From positions 1-32,371 of the forward strand of contig JALSKY010000293.1 in assembly GCA_026988585.1 (NCBI GenBank): DNA of 32,371 bases. The letters run 5' to 3'. Every line of letters begins with the position of its first letter. Position 1 is the first letter of the stretch. This document shows, piece by piece, positions 24,633 to 32,371 of this stretch. A program made the position numbers and the translations under genes. The notes below the pieces were generated by a model that was given only the letters and a program-made list of their open reading frames with translations, was not told where the DNA came from and did not search any database. This DNA is from Deltaproteobacteria bacterium. GTDB lineage: Bacteria; Desulfobacterota; Dissulfuribacteria; Dissulfuribacterales; QOAL01.

Positions 24633-25511
24633 ATGACAGATAGAGAGCTGCTCTCAATGCTTCACAGGCTTCTCAGCTATTACAGGGGAGTTGGCATAGA
24701 AAAGATCCCGGCAGGTGAAGGTACTGACAGACTCATGGCCGTACTATCTAACCTGCACGGGAGAGAGGGTACTGGAAACCAGGGAACAGTAAGCAGTTCA
24801 TCACCTGTATCGCCTCACCTGAGCCAGTCATGTAGCAGGGCCGGCTCTCTGCCTTCTGCGGGTTCCAGAAAGGGGGCAGCTCAGAGAAGAATAAGACCTG
24901 AAGAGTGTAACAGTCTGGTAGAGCTCCGGCAGGCCATGGAAGCCTGTACCAGATGTCGGCTCCATGAAACCCGCAACCATATTGTGTTTGGTGAAGGAGA
25001 TGAAGAGGCCCGATTGATGCTGATTGGCGAGGCCCCTGGACGTAATGAGGACCTTCAGGGAAGACCCTTTGTGGGAAAATCGGGCGAGCTGCTCACCAAG
25101 ATGCTCAGGGCCATAAATATCAGGCGTGACCAGGTGTTCATAACCAGTGTGGTCAAATGTCGTCCTCCAAGGAACCGAACACCTTCCAAGGATGAGATAG
25201 AGGCATGTCTTCCATGGCTCCAGGCCCAGATCAAAATGATATCTCCAGAAATTATACTCTGTCTTGGCAGTACTGCAATCAATGCCATTCTCGGCAGAGA
25301 GATCCCTATTGCCAGGCTAAGAGGATCCTTTCACCATACCGACTGGCTACCTGATGTGAGAATTGCGGTGACCTACCATCCAGCCTATCTACTCCGGTTT
25401 GGCGGCGAAAGGCAAAAGGCCCTGAAACTGCAGGCGTGGCATGATCTACAGATGGTTGAAAAGGAGTACAAGAAGGTAACAGGCGATACTCATAATGAGA
25501 GCGATAAATGA
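24633..25511 (+). CDS. Uracil-DNA glycosylase, family 4 (Fe-S type) with an N-terminal extension of about 100 aa
   Basis: 292-aa ORF. It has CTRCRLHETRNHIVFGEGDEEARLMLIGEAPGRNEDLQGRPFVGKSG (motif A GEAPG), VKCRPP and VTYHPAYLLR (motif B). The first ~100 aa include a Ser-rich linker. Confidence 0.9.
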   Translation: MTDRELLSMLHRLLSYYRGVGIEKIPAGEGTDRLMAVLSNLHGREGTGNQGTVSSSSPVSPHLSQSCSRAGSLPSAGSRKGAAQRRIRPEECNSLVELRQAMEACTRCRLHETRNHIVFGEGDEEARLMLIGEAPGRNEDLQGRPFVGKSGELLTKMLRAINIRRDQVFITSVVKCRPPRNRTPSKDEIEACLPWLQAQIKMISPEIILCLGSTAINAILGREIPIARLRGSFHHTDWLPDVRIAVTYHPAYLLRFGGERQKALKLQAWHDLQMVEKEYKKVTGDTHNESDK

Positions 25512-26923
25512 AGATGGCAACCAATATGCAACCTGACAGGTTATCACTCGGGAACTTTTTATTCTTTATATTGCTGTGTTTAATTTTCCTGGCATCAGTG
25601 AATATCCTCATGCCTGGACAATCCCATGGCACTGCTGCAGAAAATGGTAAAAAAGCTATACAGAACGGCACCACTCCAAAGAAAATAAAAGGTCCTGTCT
25701 GTACAGTGAAGATACAGGAGGCCATAACCCCGGCCAGCTATGAACTCCTTCACAGGGCCATAGAGAGTGCCATCAATAGACACGCCTCTCTCCTCATAGT
25801 CGAGTTGGATACCCCTGGCGGCCTTGTAACCTCCATGCGGAGAATGATTCAGGATATCCTCGCTTCTCCAGTCCCTGTTGCTGTTTATGTTGCACCTTCA
25901 GGTGCTCAGGCCGCATCCGCCGGGACATTTATCACCATGGCAGCCCATATTGCAGCAATGGCTCCTGGCACAAACATAGGAGCAGCCCATCCTGTAGAGA
26001 TCTCGGGAAAGATGAAGAAGGATTCCGTAATGGGGGAAAAGGTCGAAAACGATATGGCCGCCATGGCAAAGGCTATTGCCCAGCAGAGAAACAGAAATAT
26101 CAAATGGGCAGAGGAGGCGGTGAGAAAATCGGTTTCCATAACAGCCACAGAGGCGTTGAAGCTGAAGGTTATAGATCTCATAGCCAGGGACAAAAACGAA
26201 CTTATAAGCAAACTCCAGGGAAGGACCGTTGATCTCCGGAACAGTAGAGTCATACTGCAGATAGACAAGGAAATTATAGAGATACAACCAACTTTGAGGG
26301 ATAAACTCCTGAGGACCATCTCCGATCCCAACATCGCGTATATCTTTATGATGATCGGGATAGTAGGCCTCTATTTTGAAATCACCCATCCGGGCACCAT
26401 GTTCCCGGGAATTGTAGGTTTTGTAAGCCTCATACTTGGCCTCTATGCCATGCACACCCTTGAGGCAAATACTGTAGGACTGATGCTCATAGCAGTTGCC
26501 GTTATCCTTTTCATAATGGAACTCTTTATCGTCAGTCACGGAGTCCTTGGAGCTGGGGGCATCATCTGTCTTGTTCTGGGATCAATCATGTTGTTTGATA
26601 AGGATGTCACAGGATTTTCCATCTCAAATTATGTGCTTTGGCCTACGGTTGCTACAGTCTCCGGTGCAATGGCCACTATTCTGTTCATAGCCACCAGGGC
26701 ACTGGTACAAAAGCCTAAGACCGGCAGCCAGGGGCTGCTTGGTGAAGAGGGCTATGCCATGGAATCGATTCACAGAAAACCTGGATCTGTATTCATCCAC
26801 GGTGAGATATGGCAGGCCATATCAAAGCATCCTATCGACAAGGGTGCACCTGTCCGGGTTACAGCTGTCCACAGATTGAAGCTGGAGATTGAACCAGTCG
26901 ATGGATCAGAAGACAAACAATGA
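25508..26923 (+). CDS. NfeD-family membrane-bound ClpP-class serine protease
   Basis: 471-aa ORF whose ATG overlaps the UDG stop (ATGA). It has a signal/TM segment, a ClpP-like domain (LIVELDTPGGLV, GAQAASAGTFI), several TM helices and a C-terminal OB-like NfeD domain (IHGEIWQAIS...VRVTAV). Confidence 0.9.
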   Translation: MKMATNMQPDRLSLGNFLFFILLCLIFLASVNILMPGQSHGTAAENGKKAIQNGTTPKKIKGPVCTVKIQEAITPASYELLHRAIESAINRHASLLIVELDTPGGLVTSMRRMIQDILASPVPVAVYVAPSGAQAASAGTFITMAAHIAAMAPGTNIGAAHPVEISGKMKKDSVMGEKVENDMAAMAKAIAQQRNRNIKWAEEAVRKSVSITATEALKLKVIDLIARDKNELISKLQGRTVDLRNSRVILQIDKEIIEIQPTLRDKLLRTISDPNIAYIFMMIGIVGLYFEITHPGTMFPGIVGFVSLILGLYAMHTLEANTVGLMLIAVAVILFIMELFIVSHGVLGAGGIICLVLGSIMLFDKDVTGFSISNYVLWPTVATVSGAMATILFIATRALVQKPKTGSQGLLGEEGYAMESIHRKPGSVFIHGEIWQAISKHPIDKGAPVRVTAVHRLKLEIEPVDGSEDKQ

Positions 26924-26972
26924 AATTCTGTTTCCTCAACCTGTCAATTTTTAAAATTTAAGGAGTGTTGAA

Positions 26973-27746
26973 ATGATTCCCATTAGCCCTTTTTTTATTT
27001 TTCTTGGTTTCCTGATCGTGGTGTTCCTTGGGTCTGCCATCCGGATAATCAACGAATATGAACGTGCTGTTATTTTCCGGCTTGGTAGAGTTATCGCTGC
27101 CAAAGGGCCAGGCTTGATCATTCTTATTCCGGTGATCGATAAGATGTTGAAGGTTGACCTCAGGACAATCACCCTGGATGTCCTTCCGCAGGATGTGATC
27201 ACCAAGGACAATGTCTCTGTAAAGGTGAGTGCAGTGGTATATTTCAGGGTTATGGATCCGGTTGCAGCCACTATAGAGGTGGAAAACTTCCTCTTTGCAA
27301 CATCTCAGCTCGCTCAGACCACCCTGCGAAGTGTGTGCGGACAGGCTGAACTGGATGAACTCTTATCAGAGAGGGAGACCCTGAACATGAAGATTCAGGG
27401 AATTCTCGATCAGGAGACCGAACCCTGGGGCATAAAGGTCAGCAAGGTCGAGGTCAAGGAGATAGACCTGCCGGACGAGATGAAGCGGGCCATGGCAAAA
27501 CAGGCAGAGGCAGAACGTGAAAGAAGATCCAAGATCATCAGCGCCGAAGGCGAATTCCAGGCAGCGCAGAAACTCTCGGAAGCAGCCGAGATTATAACAA
27601 GGCATCCTGCTGCACTGCAGCTCAGGTATCTCCAGACCCTGAGAGAGGTCTCGGCAGAGAACAACTCAACCACCCTGTTCCCTATTCCCATCGATCTCTT
27701 TAAACCTTTCATCCAACTTGCCGACAAGATGAAGGAGAAGGAGTAA
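26973..27746 (+). CDS. SPFH/band-7 (stomatin-like, slipin) protein
   Basis: 257-aa ORF with an AAGGAG RBS. It has an N-terminal TM helix, then [48 protein letters not shown] and a coiled-coil [15 protein letters not shown]. Confidence 0.9.
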   Translation: MIPISPFFIFLGFLIVVFLGSAIRIINEYERAVIFRLGRVIAAKGPGLIILIPVIDKMLKVDLRTITLDVLPQDVITKDNVSVKVSAVVYFRVMDPVAATIEVENFLFATSQLAQTTLRSVCGQAELDELLSERETLNMKIQGILDQETEPWGIKVSKVEVKEIDLPDEMKRAMAKQAEAERERRSKIISAEGEFQAAQKLSEAAEIITRHPAALQLRYLQTLREVSAENNSTTLFPIPIDLFKPFIQLADKMKEKE

Positions 27747-27776
27747 AAAAAGCATTACAGGAGATCATGGAAGATT

Positions 27777-28631
27777 ATGACATTACAGACTGCTGCACTG
27801 CAGAGGGAGCTGATACGGATCGACTGGGAGCGTGATGAACTGCCTACAATGCCCTTTGTGGCCCAGAGATTGTTGGGGCTCATTGGCAAGAAGGAGGTCG
27901 AGGTGCAGGAGCTGGAGGAGACCATCGGCCAGGATCCCGCCCTGACCATGAAGCTTCTGCAGGTTTGCAACTCTGCACTCTACTCTCTCAATTCAGAAGT
28001 GACTTCCATCAGGCATGCCATCAATCTCCTTGGCAGGGAGAACATTATCCAGATAGCTGTCAGTGCCCTGCTGGCCAAACAGTTTATGACAGTCCCGGCA
28101 GAGCTCAAGGATGAGGCAAAGAGGCTGTGGAAACACCTGATAACCACTGCAGTGCTGGCAAGAGATTTTCTTCCGGATGTTGAAGAACCGGATCTCTACA
28201 CCCTGGCCCTGCTACATGATGTAGGCTGGCTGGTGCTGATGTCCCAGGCTCCCAAGGTATTCCTTGCCCTGAAAAATGATATCGGAACAGATATAGATGA
28301 CATTGAGGAGAGATGGGGAATTGATCACCAGTTATGGGGGGGCAAGCTCCTTGAAAAATGGGCACTTCCTGAACCCTTTCAGGTAGTGGCCCTGAGGCAC
28401 CATGAGCCCCTGACAGAAACAGCCCCTCCCCCCTATCTCCTGGTGATATCCCTCTCCAACTACCTTGCAAACGCCATTGGTAACAACTTTATCGAATATC
28501 AACATGAAGAGTTCAATCCTGGGATACTCAGGGCAATGAATCTGGACCCGGATATATTTGACGAAATGGTGCAAGGGGCCATGGCAGAAAAGGAGCGGAT
28601 AAATTCCTATTGCGCCATGTTATCTGGATAG
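27777..28631 (+). CDS. HDOD domain-containing protein (HD-related output/signalling domain)
   Basis: 284-aa ORF. LPTMPFVAQRLLGLIGKKEVEVQELEETIGQDPALTMKLLQVCNSALYSL...VTSIRHAINLLG and LLHDVGWLVL are typical of HDOD. Confidence 0.85.
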   Translation: MTLQTAALQRELIRIDWERDELPTMPFVAQRLLGLIGKKEVEVQELEETIGQDPALTMKLLQVCNSALYSLNSEVTSIRHAINLLGRENIIQIAVSALLAKQFMTVPAELKDEAKRLWKHLITTAVLARDFLPDVEEPDLYTLALLHDVGWLVLMSQAPKVFLALKNDIGTDIDDIEERWGIDHQLWGGKLLEKWALPEPFQVVALRHHEPLTETAPPPYLLVISLSNYLANAIGNNFIEYQHEEFNPGILRAMNLDPDIFDEMVQGAMAEKERINSYCAMLSG

Positions 28632-28844
28632 AAACCGGGTTTAGCTCATGTTTGCGGCTAATTTTCTACCATATTGCCCGTTACGTAAGAACCAGTGAAA
28701 CATCTATGTGATGGGAGTTAACATCATAATCACCTGAGATGCTACTCCTTATCAGAAAGAAAGGCGGTCATGTAACAGTGCAAACCCCGGTTTTCTTTTA
28801 ACCAGAAGCACACATAAACCATCCTTCAGATCCAGCAGCGGCAG

Positions 28845-29414
28845 CTATGCCCTCCTGGACAGATCATCATTTCCGCCATTGTTCCCGTTACCCACAAGCT
28901 GTATCCCAAGCCAGATATAGTGCAGCCCGGACGCCACTGTCAGCAAGGCAGTCACAGCAAACAACGCATCTACCAGTGCTGACAGGTCCTGGGGAAACAG
29001 CTGGTTCAAGAGCACCACAAAGATGGTTATAAGCTGCATTAGCGTGGTAAGCTTGCTGAGAATGGAGGGGCTTATCTCCACCCTGGAACGCATTAGCAGC
29101 AATATGAGCACCCCAAGGACTATGATAACGTCCCTGCTGATGACCGTTACTGCCAACCAATCCGGAATCTTGTCCATAATGGCTAATGTGATATAGCTTG
29201 AGGCAAGCAATGCCTTGTCTGCCAAAGGGTCAAGCACTGCGCCAAGCCTGGTCTTCTGTTTGAGTACCCTGGCAAGAAAACCGTCCAGGCCATCACTTAC
29301 ACCTGCAACCACAAACACCACGAATGCCAGATCATATCGTTCATGAATCAGCAAGATAATAAGCAAGGGCGTCAGGATTACCCTGAGGATGGTCAAAAGA
29401 TTGGGTATGTTCAT
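28845..29414 (-). CDS. pgsA: CDP-diacylglycerol--glycerol-3-phosphate 3-phosphatidyltransferase
   Basis: It has the CDP-alcohol phosphatidyltransferase motif DGLDGFLARVLKQKTRLGAVLDPLADK (DGx2ARx8Gx3Dx3D). I prefer the start MNIPNLLTILR at 29414, where the ATG overlaps the miaA TGA (ATGA at 29411-29414). The ORF track extends 20 codons further, to 29474. Confidence 0.85.
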   Translation of the reverse strand: MNIPNLLTILRVILTPLLIILLIHERYDLAFVVFVVAGVSDGLDGFLARVLKQKTRLGAVLDPLADKALLASSYITLAIMDKIPDWLAVTVISRDVIIVLGVLILLLMRSRVEISPSILSKLTTLMQLITIFVVLLNQLFPQDLSALVDALFAVTALLTVASGLHYIWLGIQLVGNGNNGGNDDLSRRA

Positions 29415-30355
29415 GCTCTGTTTACCACCTGCCAGATGGAGTGACTCTCTGCCAGCCTCTTTGAGTTGAACCATCTGATTTCAGGATCTGCCCTGAACCA
29501 GGTAAGCTGTCTCTTTGCAAAACGTCTCGTGTCCCTTTTCATCTCTCTAACGGCCTCTTCAAAACTCTTGGCTCCGGTAAGATAGGCGATAATATGCCGG
29601 TAGCCAATGGATTGCAAGGGTTTGAGTTCAGGATTGTAACCTGCATCCAGCAGGGTTTGGACCTCCTGAACGAATCCCTGCTCCATCATCTGGTCAACCC
29701 GTCTCTCGATCCGCTGATACAGGGTTTTCCTGGAGAGCATGAGACCTATCTTCAATACAGGACAGCCTGTGAGGCGTGATAGAGAGAGAGGCCTGGCCTT
29801 TCTGAACCATTCGGTGCGTGTCATGCCTGTAGCATAGAATATCTCAAGGGCCCTCATGATCCTGAACAGGTCCCTTGAGGCTATCGCAACTGCAGAATCA
29901 GGATCTACCCTGGAGAGAATCTCATGGAGCCTCTCTGTGCCATAATCAGCAGCAAACTTCCTAAAACTTTCCCTGAGCCCAGGATACCGTCCTGGAATCT
30001 CGGATATCCCATGAAGGACTGAACGCATATAGAGCCCTGTGCCTCCAGATAGGATAACTGCCCTGCCCTGAGATATGAGCCTGGCAGTACGTAGCCTGAC
30101 CATTCGTGAAAAGGCTGCGGCATCCATAGGCTCATCAGGATTAAAAATATCCACAAGGTGGTGGGGCACCATTTTGCGCTCCTGTAAACTGGGTTTTGCA
30201 GAGCCGATATCAAGATATCTGTAGATCTGCACTGAATCCACATTGACTATCTCTGCGGACAGCTCCCTGGCAAGCCTGAGGGAGAGCGCTGTCTTGCCCA
30301 CAGCAGTAGGCCCCACTATGGCTATGATGGGAAATGGAGTTGGAAACATGGACAC
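29411..30355 (-). CDS. miaA: tRNA dimethylallyltransferase
   Basis: 314-aa ORF. It has the P-loop IVGPTAVGKTALSLRLA, DSVQIYRYLDIGSAKP, and GGTGLY. Confidence 0.9.
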   Translation of the reverse strand: MSMFPTPFPIIAIVGPTAVGKTALSLRLARELSAEIVNVDSVQIYRYLDIGSAKPSLQERKMVPHHLVDIFNPDEPMDAAAFSRMVRLRTARLISQGRAVILSGGTGLYMRSVLHGISEIPGRYPGLRESFRKFAADYGTERLHEILSRVDPDSAVAIASRDLFRIMRALEIFYATGMTRTEWFRKARPLSLSRLTGCPVLKIGLMLSRKTLYQRIERRVDQMMEQGFVQEVQTLLDAGYNPELKPLQSIGYRHIIAYLTGAKSFEEAVREMKRDTRRFAKRQLTWFRADPEIRWFNSKRLAESHSIWQVVNRA

Positions 30356-30437
30356 AGGATATGGCAGATGAAGATGCAGGACAAGCAGAGAATTGTATTA
30401 CACAAACTCTTCCCGATGATCTATAACCATATCATCA

Positions 30438-32371
30438 CTATTTTCGCCTGAAATCCTTCTCTATCTCGGAAATAGTGCGAAAAAGCCATATTGGCCTCCC
30501 ATGCGGACAGTGGGTTACCTGTTCCTGAACACACTCATCCAGCAACGCCTGCTGCTGCTTGATATTGAGCGGAGTTCCGGCCTTTATGGCCCCACTACAG
30601 GCAAGACGTGCAAGCACCTCATGGACAACTCTCTCCCCAGGCCTGTTATTACCGCTCTTCCAGGAATGCTCCTGCGGGCCTGGTGAATCCACACTCCCTG
30701 ACGCTGCCACCTGGATAATCATCTCCCTGAGCCATTCACTATCTTCCTTCTCCTTCCCGGAGAGTATGGCAGGCAGCGAACGGATCACTATCTGCCCTTC
30801 TCCAAAAGGTTCTGCATCAATACCCGCAGATGCCATGGCTGAAAGAAGGCTCTCTATATCTTCCGGGGTTAAAGAGACCCCTGGAATAGATGCCCCGTCC
30901 TGCTCCATCTCATCCAGATCCAATACCAAGGGAAAGGCAAGACGCTGTGATGATATCCCGGAACCCTGATATTCCTTTTGCAGCCTCTTGAAAAGGATGG
31001 CTTCATGGGCAGCGTGCTGATCCAGGATAAGCAAGCCGTTGCCGGTCTGGGCCAGAATATAGCTGTTGGCCAACTGACCTATTGCCTCCATATTGGCAGA
31101 AATGGCAGTGCGTTCCCGCACATCTCCACTTTTCGGCGTTCCCTGATCAGGGATGGGAAAAGGAAAGTGATCATCCACGCCTGGGCCTGATTGTCCAGTT
31201 TCATAGGCAGGCGCATGTTCCCTTATGGATGAAGATATGGCTGAGATCTCATTCTCAGGATTTTGCACACTATCCAAACCACTGAAATCTGTCTTTGGTT
31301 GGCTGAAGGGGATGGCTCCATGCTGTATTCCAGGGCCATCTGCATAGTGATGGCCTGCTGCAGAACCGTTCTTTCCTGCATCTGAACTATCCATTGAAGC
31401 CATTGGGTCGCCAACACTGTCCAGGCCGTTTCTCACTGCATGATAGATGATGCGATAGATCTGTTCAGGCCTCCTGAATCGCACTTCGAGTTTGGCAGGA
31501 TGAACATTTACATCCACAAGATCAGGATCGATCTTGAGAAACAGGACTGCTGCAGGATGCTGTCCCTTGACCAGCCGCCCTTTCATGGCATCGTTTAATG
31601 CCCTGAAGAGCACTGGAGCCGTGGCTGGGCGCCTGTTGATAAAGAAGTAAACCTGGCGTGTTGAAAGCCTCACCCGATCAGGATGGGCAATAAAGCCATG
31701 GAGATGCACCGGAGAGCTTTCACTTCCTCCCTGAAGAGCAACGAGATGGGCAATAAATGCATCACCGAGAAGAGGGGAGACCCTATCCGCCCCTGTTCTG
31801 CCCGCACTGCTGCTGAACAGGACCCTGTTGCCACTCTTCAGACTGAATCTGATCTCGGGCCAGGCAGTTGCAGCCAGTCGGACCACCTTGAGACAGCGTC
31901 CCTGTTCAGTACGCTTGGACTTGAGAAATGCCCGCCTGCCAGGGAGTTCCATAAAGAGATCCTTGACACTAACTGTGGTGCCAGGCTGCCTTCCAACAGG
32001 ACGCAACCCACTCTTTCTTCCGAAATAGCAGCTCAACTCCCATCCACTGGATTCAGAGGCCTCTTTTGAGGTAATAGTAAAATCAGACACCGATGAGATG
32101 GCTGATAGTGCCTCCCCCCGAAAACCAAGGGTGGATATGGCCTGAAGGTCGTCGATGCTGGTAATTTTGCTGGAAGCGTGAGGTTCAAGAGCAAGTTCCA
32201 GGTCTTGTGCAGCAATGCCGCAACCATCATCAGCAACAGAAATAAGGGATTTGCCTCCATCTTCCAGGAGGATATCTATATGCGAAGCACCAGCATCCAC
32301 TGCGTTTTCAATCAGTTCCTTAAGGGCTGATGCCGGCCGTTCAACCACTTCGCCAGCAGCAATCTGGTTCG
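30438..32371 (-). CDS. mutL: DNA mismatch repair protein MutL, with the N-terminal ~10-15 codons beyond the window edge
   Basis: The reading frame is open to the window end. The minus strand at the edge reads NQIAAGEVVERPASALKELIENAVDAGA (GHKL ATPase motif I). Further motifs are DDGCGI, LGFRGEALSAISSVS and a C-terminal dimerisation region with CPHGRP. Confidence 0.9.
   Translation of the reverse strand, partial: NQIAAGEVVERPASALKELIENAVDAGASHIDILLEDGGKSLISVADDGCGIAAQDLELALEPHASSKITSIDDLQAISTLGFRGEALSAISSVSDFTITSKEASESSGWELSCYFGRKSGLRPVGRQPGTTVSVKDLFMELPGRRAFLKSKRTEQGRCLKVVRLAATAWPEIRFSLKSGNRVLFSSSAGRTGADRVSPLLGDAFIAHLVALQGGSESSPVHLHGFIAHPDRVRLSTRQVYFFINRRPATAPVLFRALNDAMKGRLVKGQHPAAVLFLKIDPDLVDVNVHPAKLEVRFRRPEQIYRIIYHAVRNGLDSVGDPMASMDSSDAGKNGSAAGHHYADGPGIQHGAIPFSQPKTDFSGLDSVQNPENEISAISSSIREHAPAYETGQSGPGVDDHFPFPIPDQGTPKSGDVRERTAISANMEAIGQLANSYILAQTGNGLLILDQHAAHEAILFKRLQKEYQGSGISSQRLAFPLVLDLDEMEQDGASIPGVSLTPEDIESLLSAMASAGIDAEPFGEGQIVIRSLPAILSGKEKEDSEWLREMIIQVAASGSVDSPGPQEHSWKSGNNRPGERVVHEVLARLACSGAIKAGTPLNIKQQQALLDECVQEQVTHCPHGRPIWLFRTISEIEKDFRRK

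Noticed and set aside
29415-29474. 20-codon N-terminal extension of pgsA in the ORF track
   Set aside because: The extension lies entirely inside the miaA coding region. The internal ATG at 29414 gives a typical PgsA N-terminus (MNIPNLLT...) and an ATGA coupling with the miaA stop.
1-32371. Search for tRNA, rRNA and CRISPR arrays, long tandem or dispersed repeats, toxin-antitoxin pairs and known defence-system genes
   Set aside because: I saw no T-loop (GGTTCGAATCC-like) signatures in intergenic DNA, no regularly spaced direct repeats and no recognisable defence or TA gene motifs. The visual scan has limited sensitivity, so tRNAscan, Infernal and a repeat finder would be needed to confirm.

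Overview
This 32.4-kb window looks like an ordinary chromosomal segment of an anaerobic Gram-negative bacterium. The gene content (YkgJ Cys-cluster proteins, PflX-type radical SAM, HDOD, PurS-PurL fusion) is consistent with a Desulfobacterota-like organism, but that is inference only. I support 27 coding regions, two of them cut by the window edges: a transposase 3' end on the left and mutL on the right. I found no rRNA, tRNA, CRISPR array or long tandem repeat by eye. Most genes are housekeeping: hemW, rlmE, purL, xerD, coaE, a family-4 UDG, pgsA, miaA, mutL, a P-type ATPase, a K+ channel and an NfeD/SPFH pair. The best candidate for an undescribed system is the minus-strand block at about 2.0-7.5 kb. 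It contains a PEP-synthase-like dikinase that has an ATP-grasp domain and a swivel-His domain but a C-terminal domain I cannot assign. Directly downstream is a dual-specificity phosphatase (HCX5R) fused to a YkgJ-like Cys-cluster domain. Upstream are a second stand-alone YkgJ protein and an HTH-less Lrp/AsnC RAM-domain protein. This block lies next to an IS transposase remnant and an orphan acyl-CoA ligase. Every functional call rests on motifs read from the supplied translations and remembered family signatures. No database search was possible.
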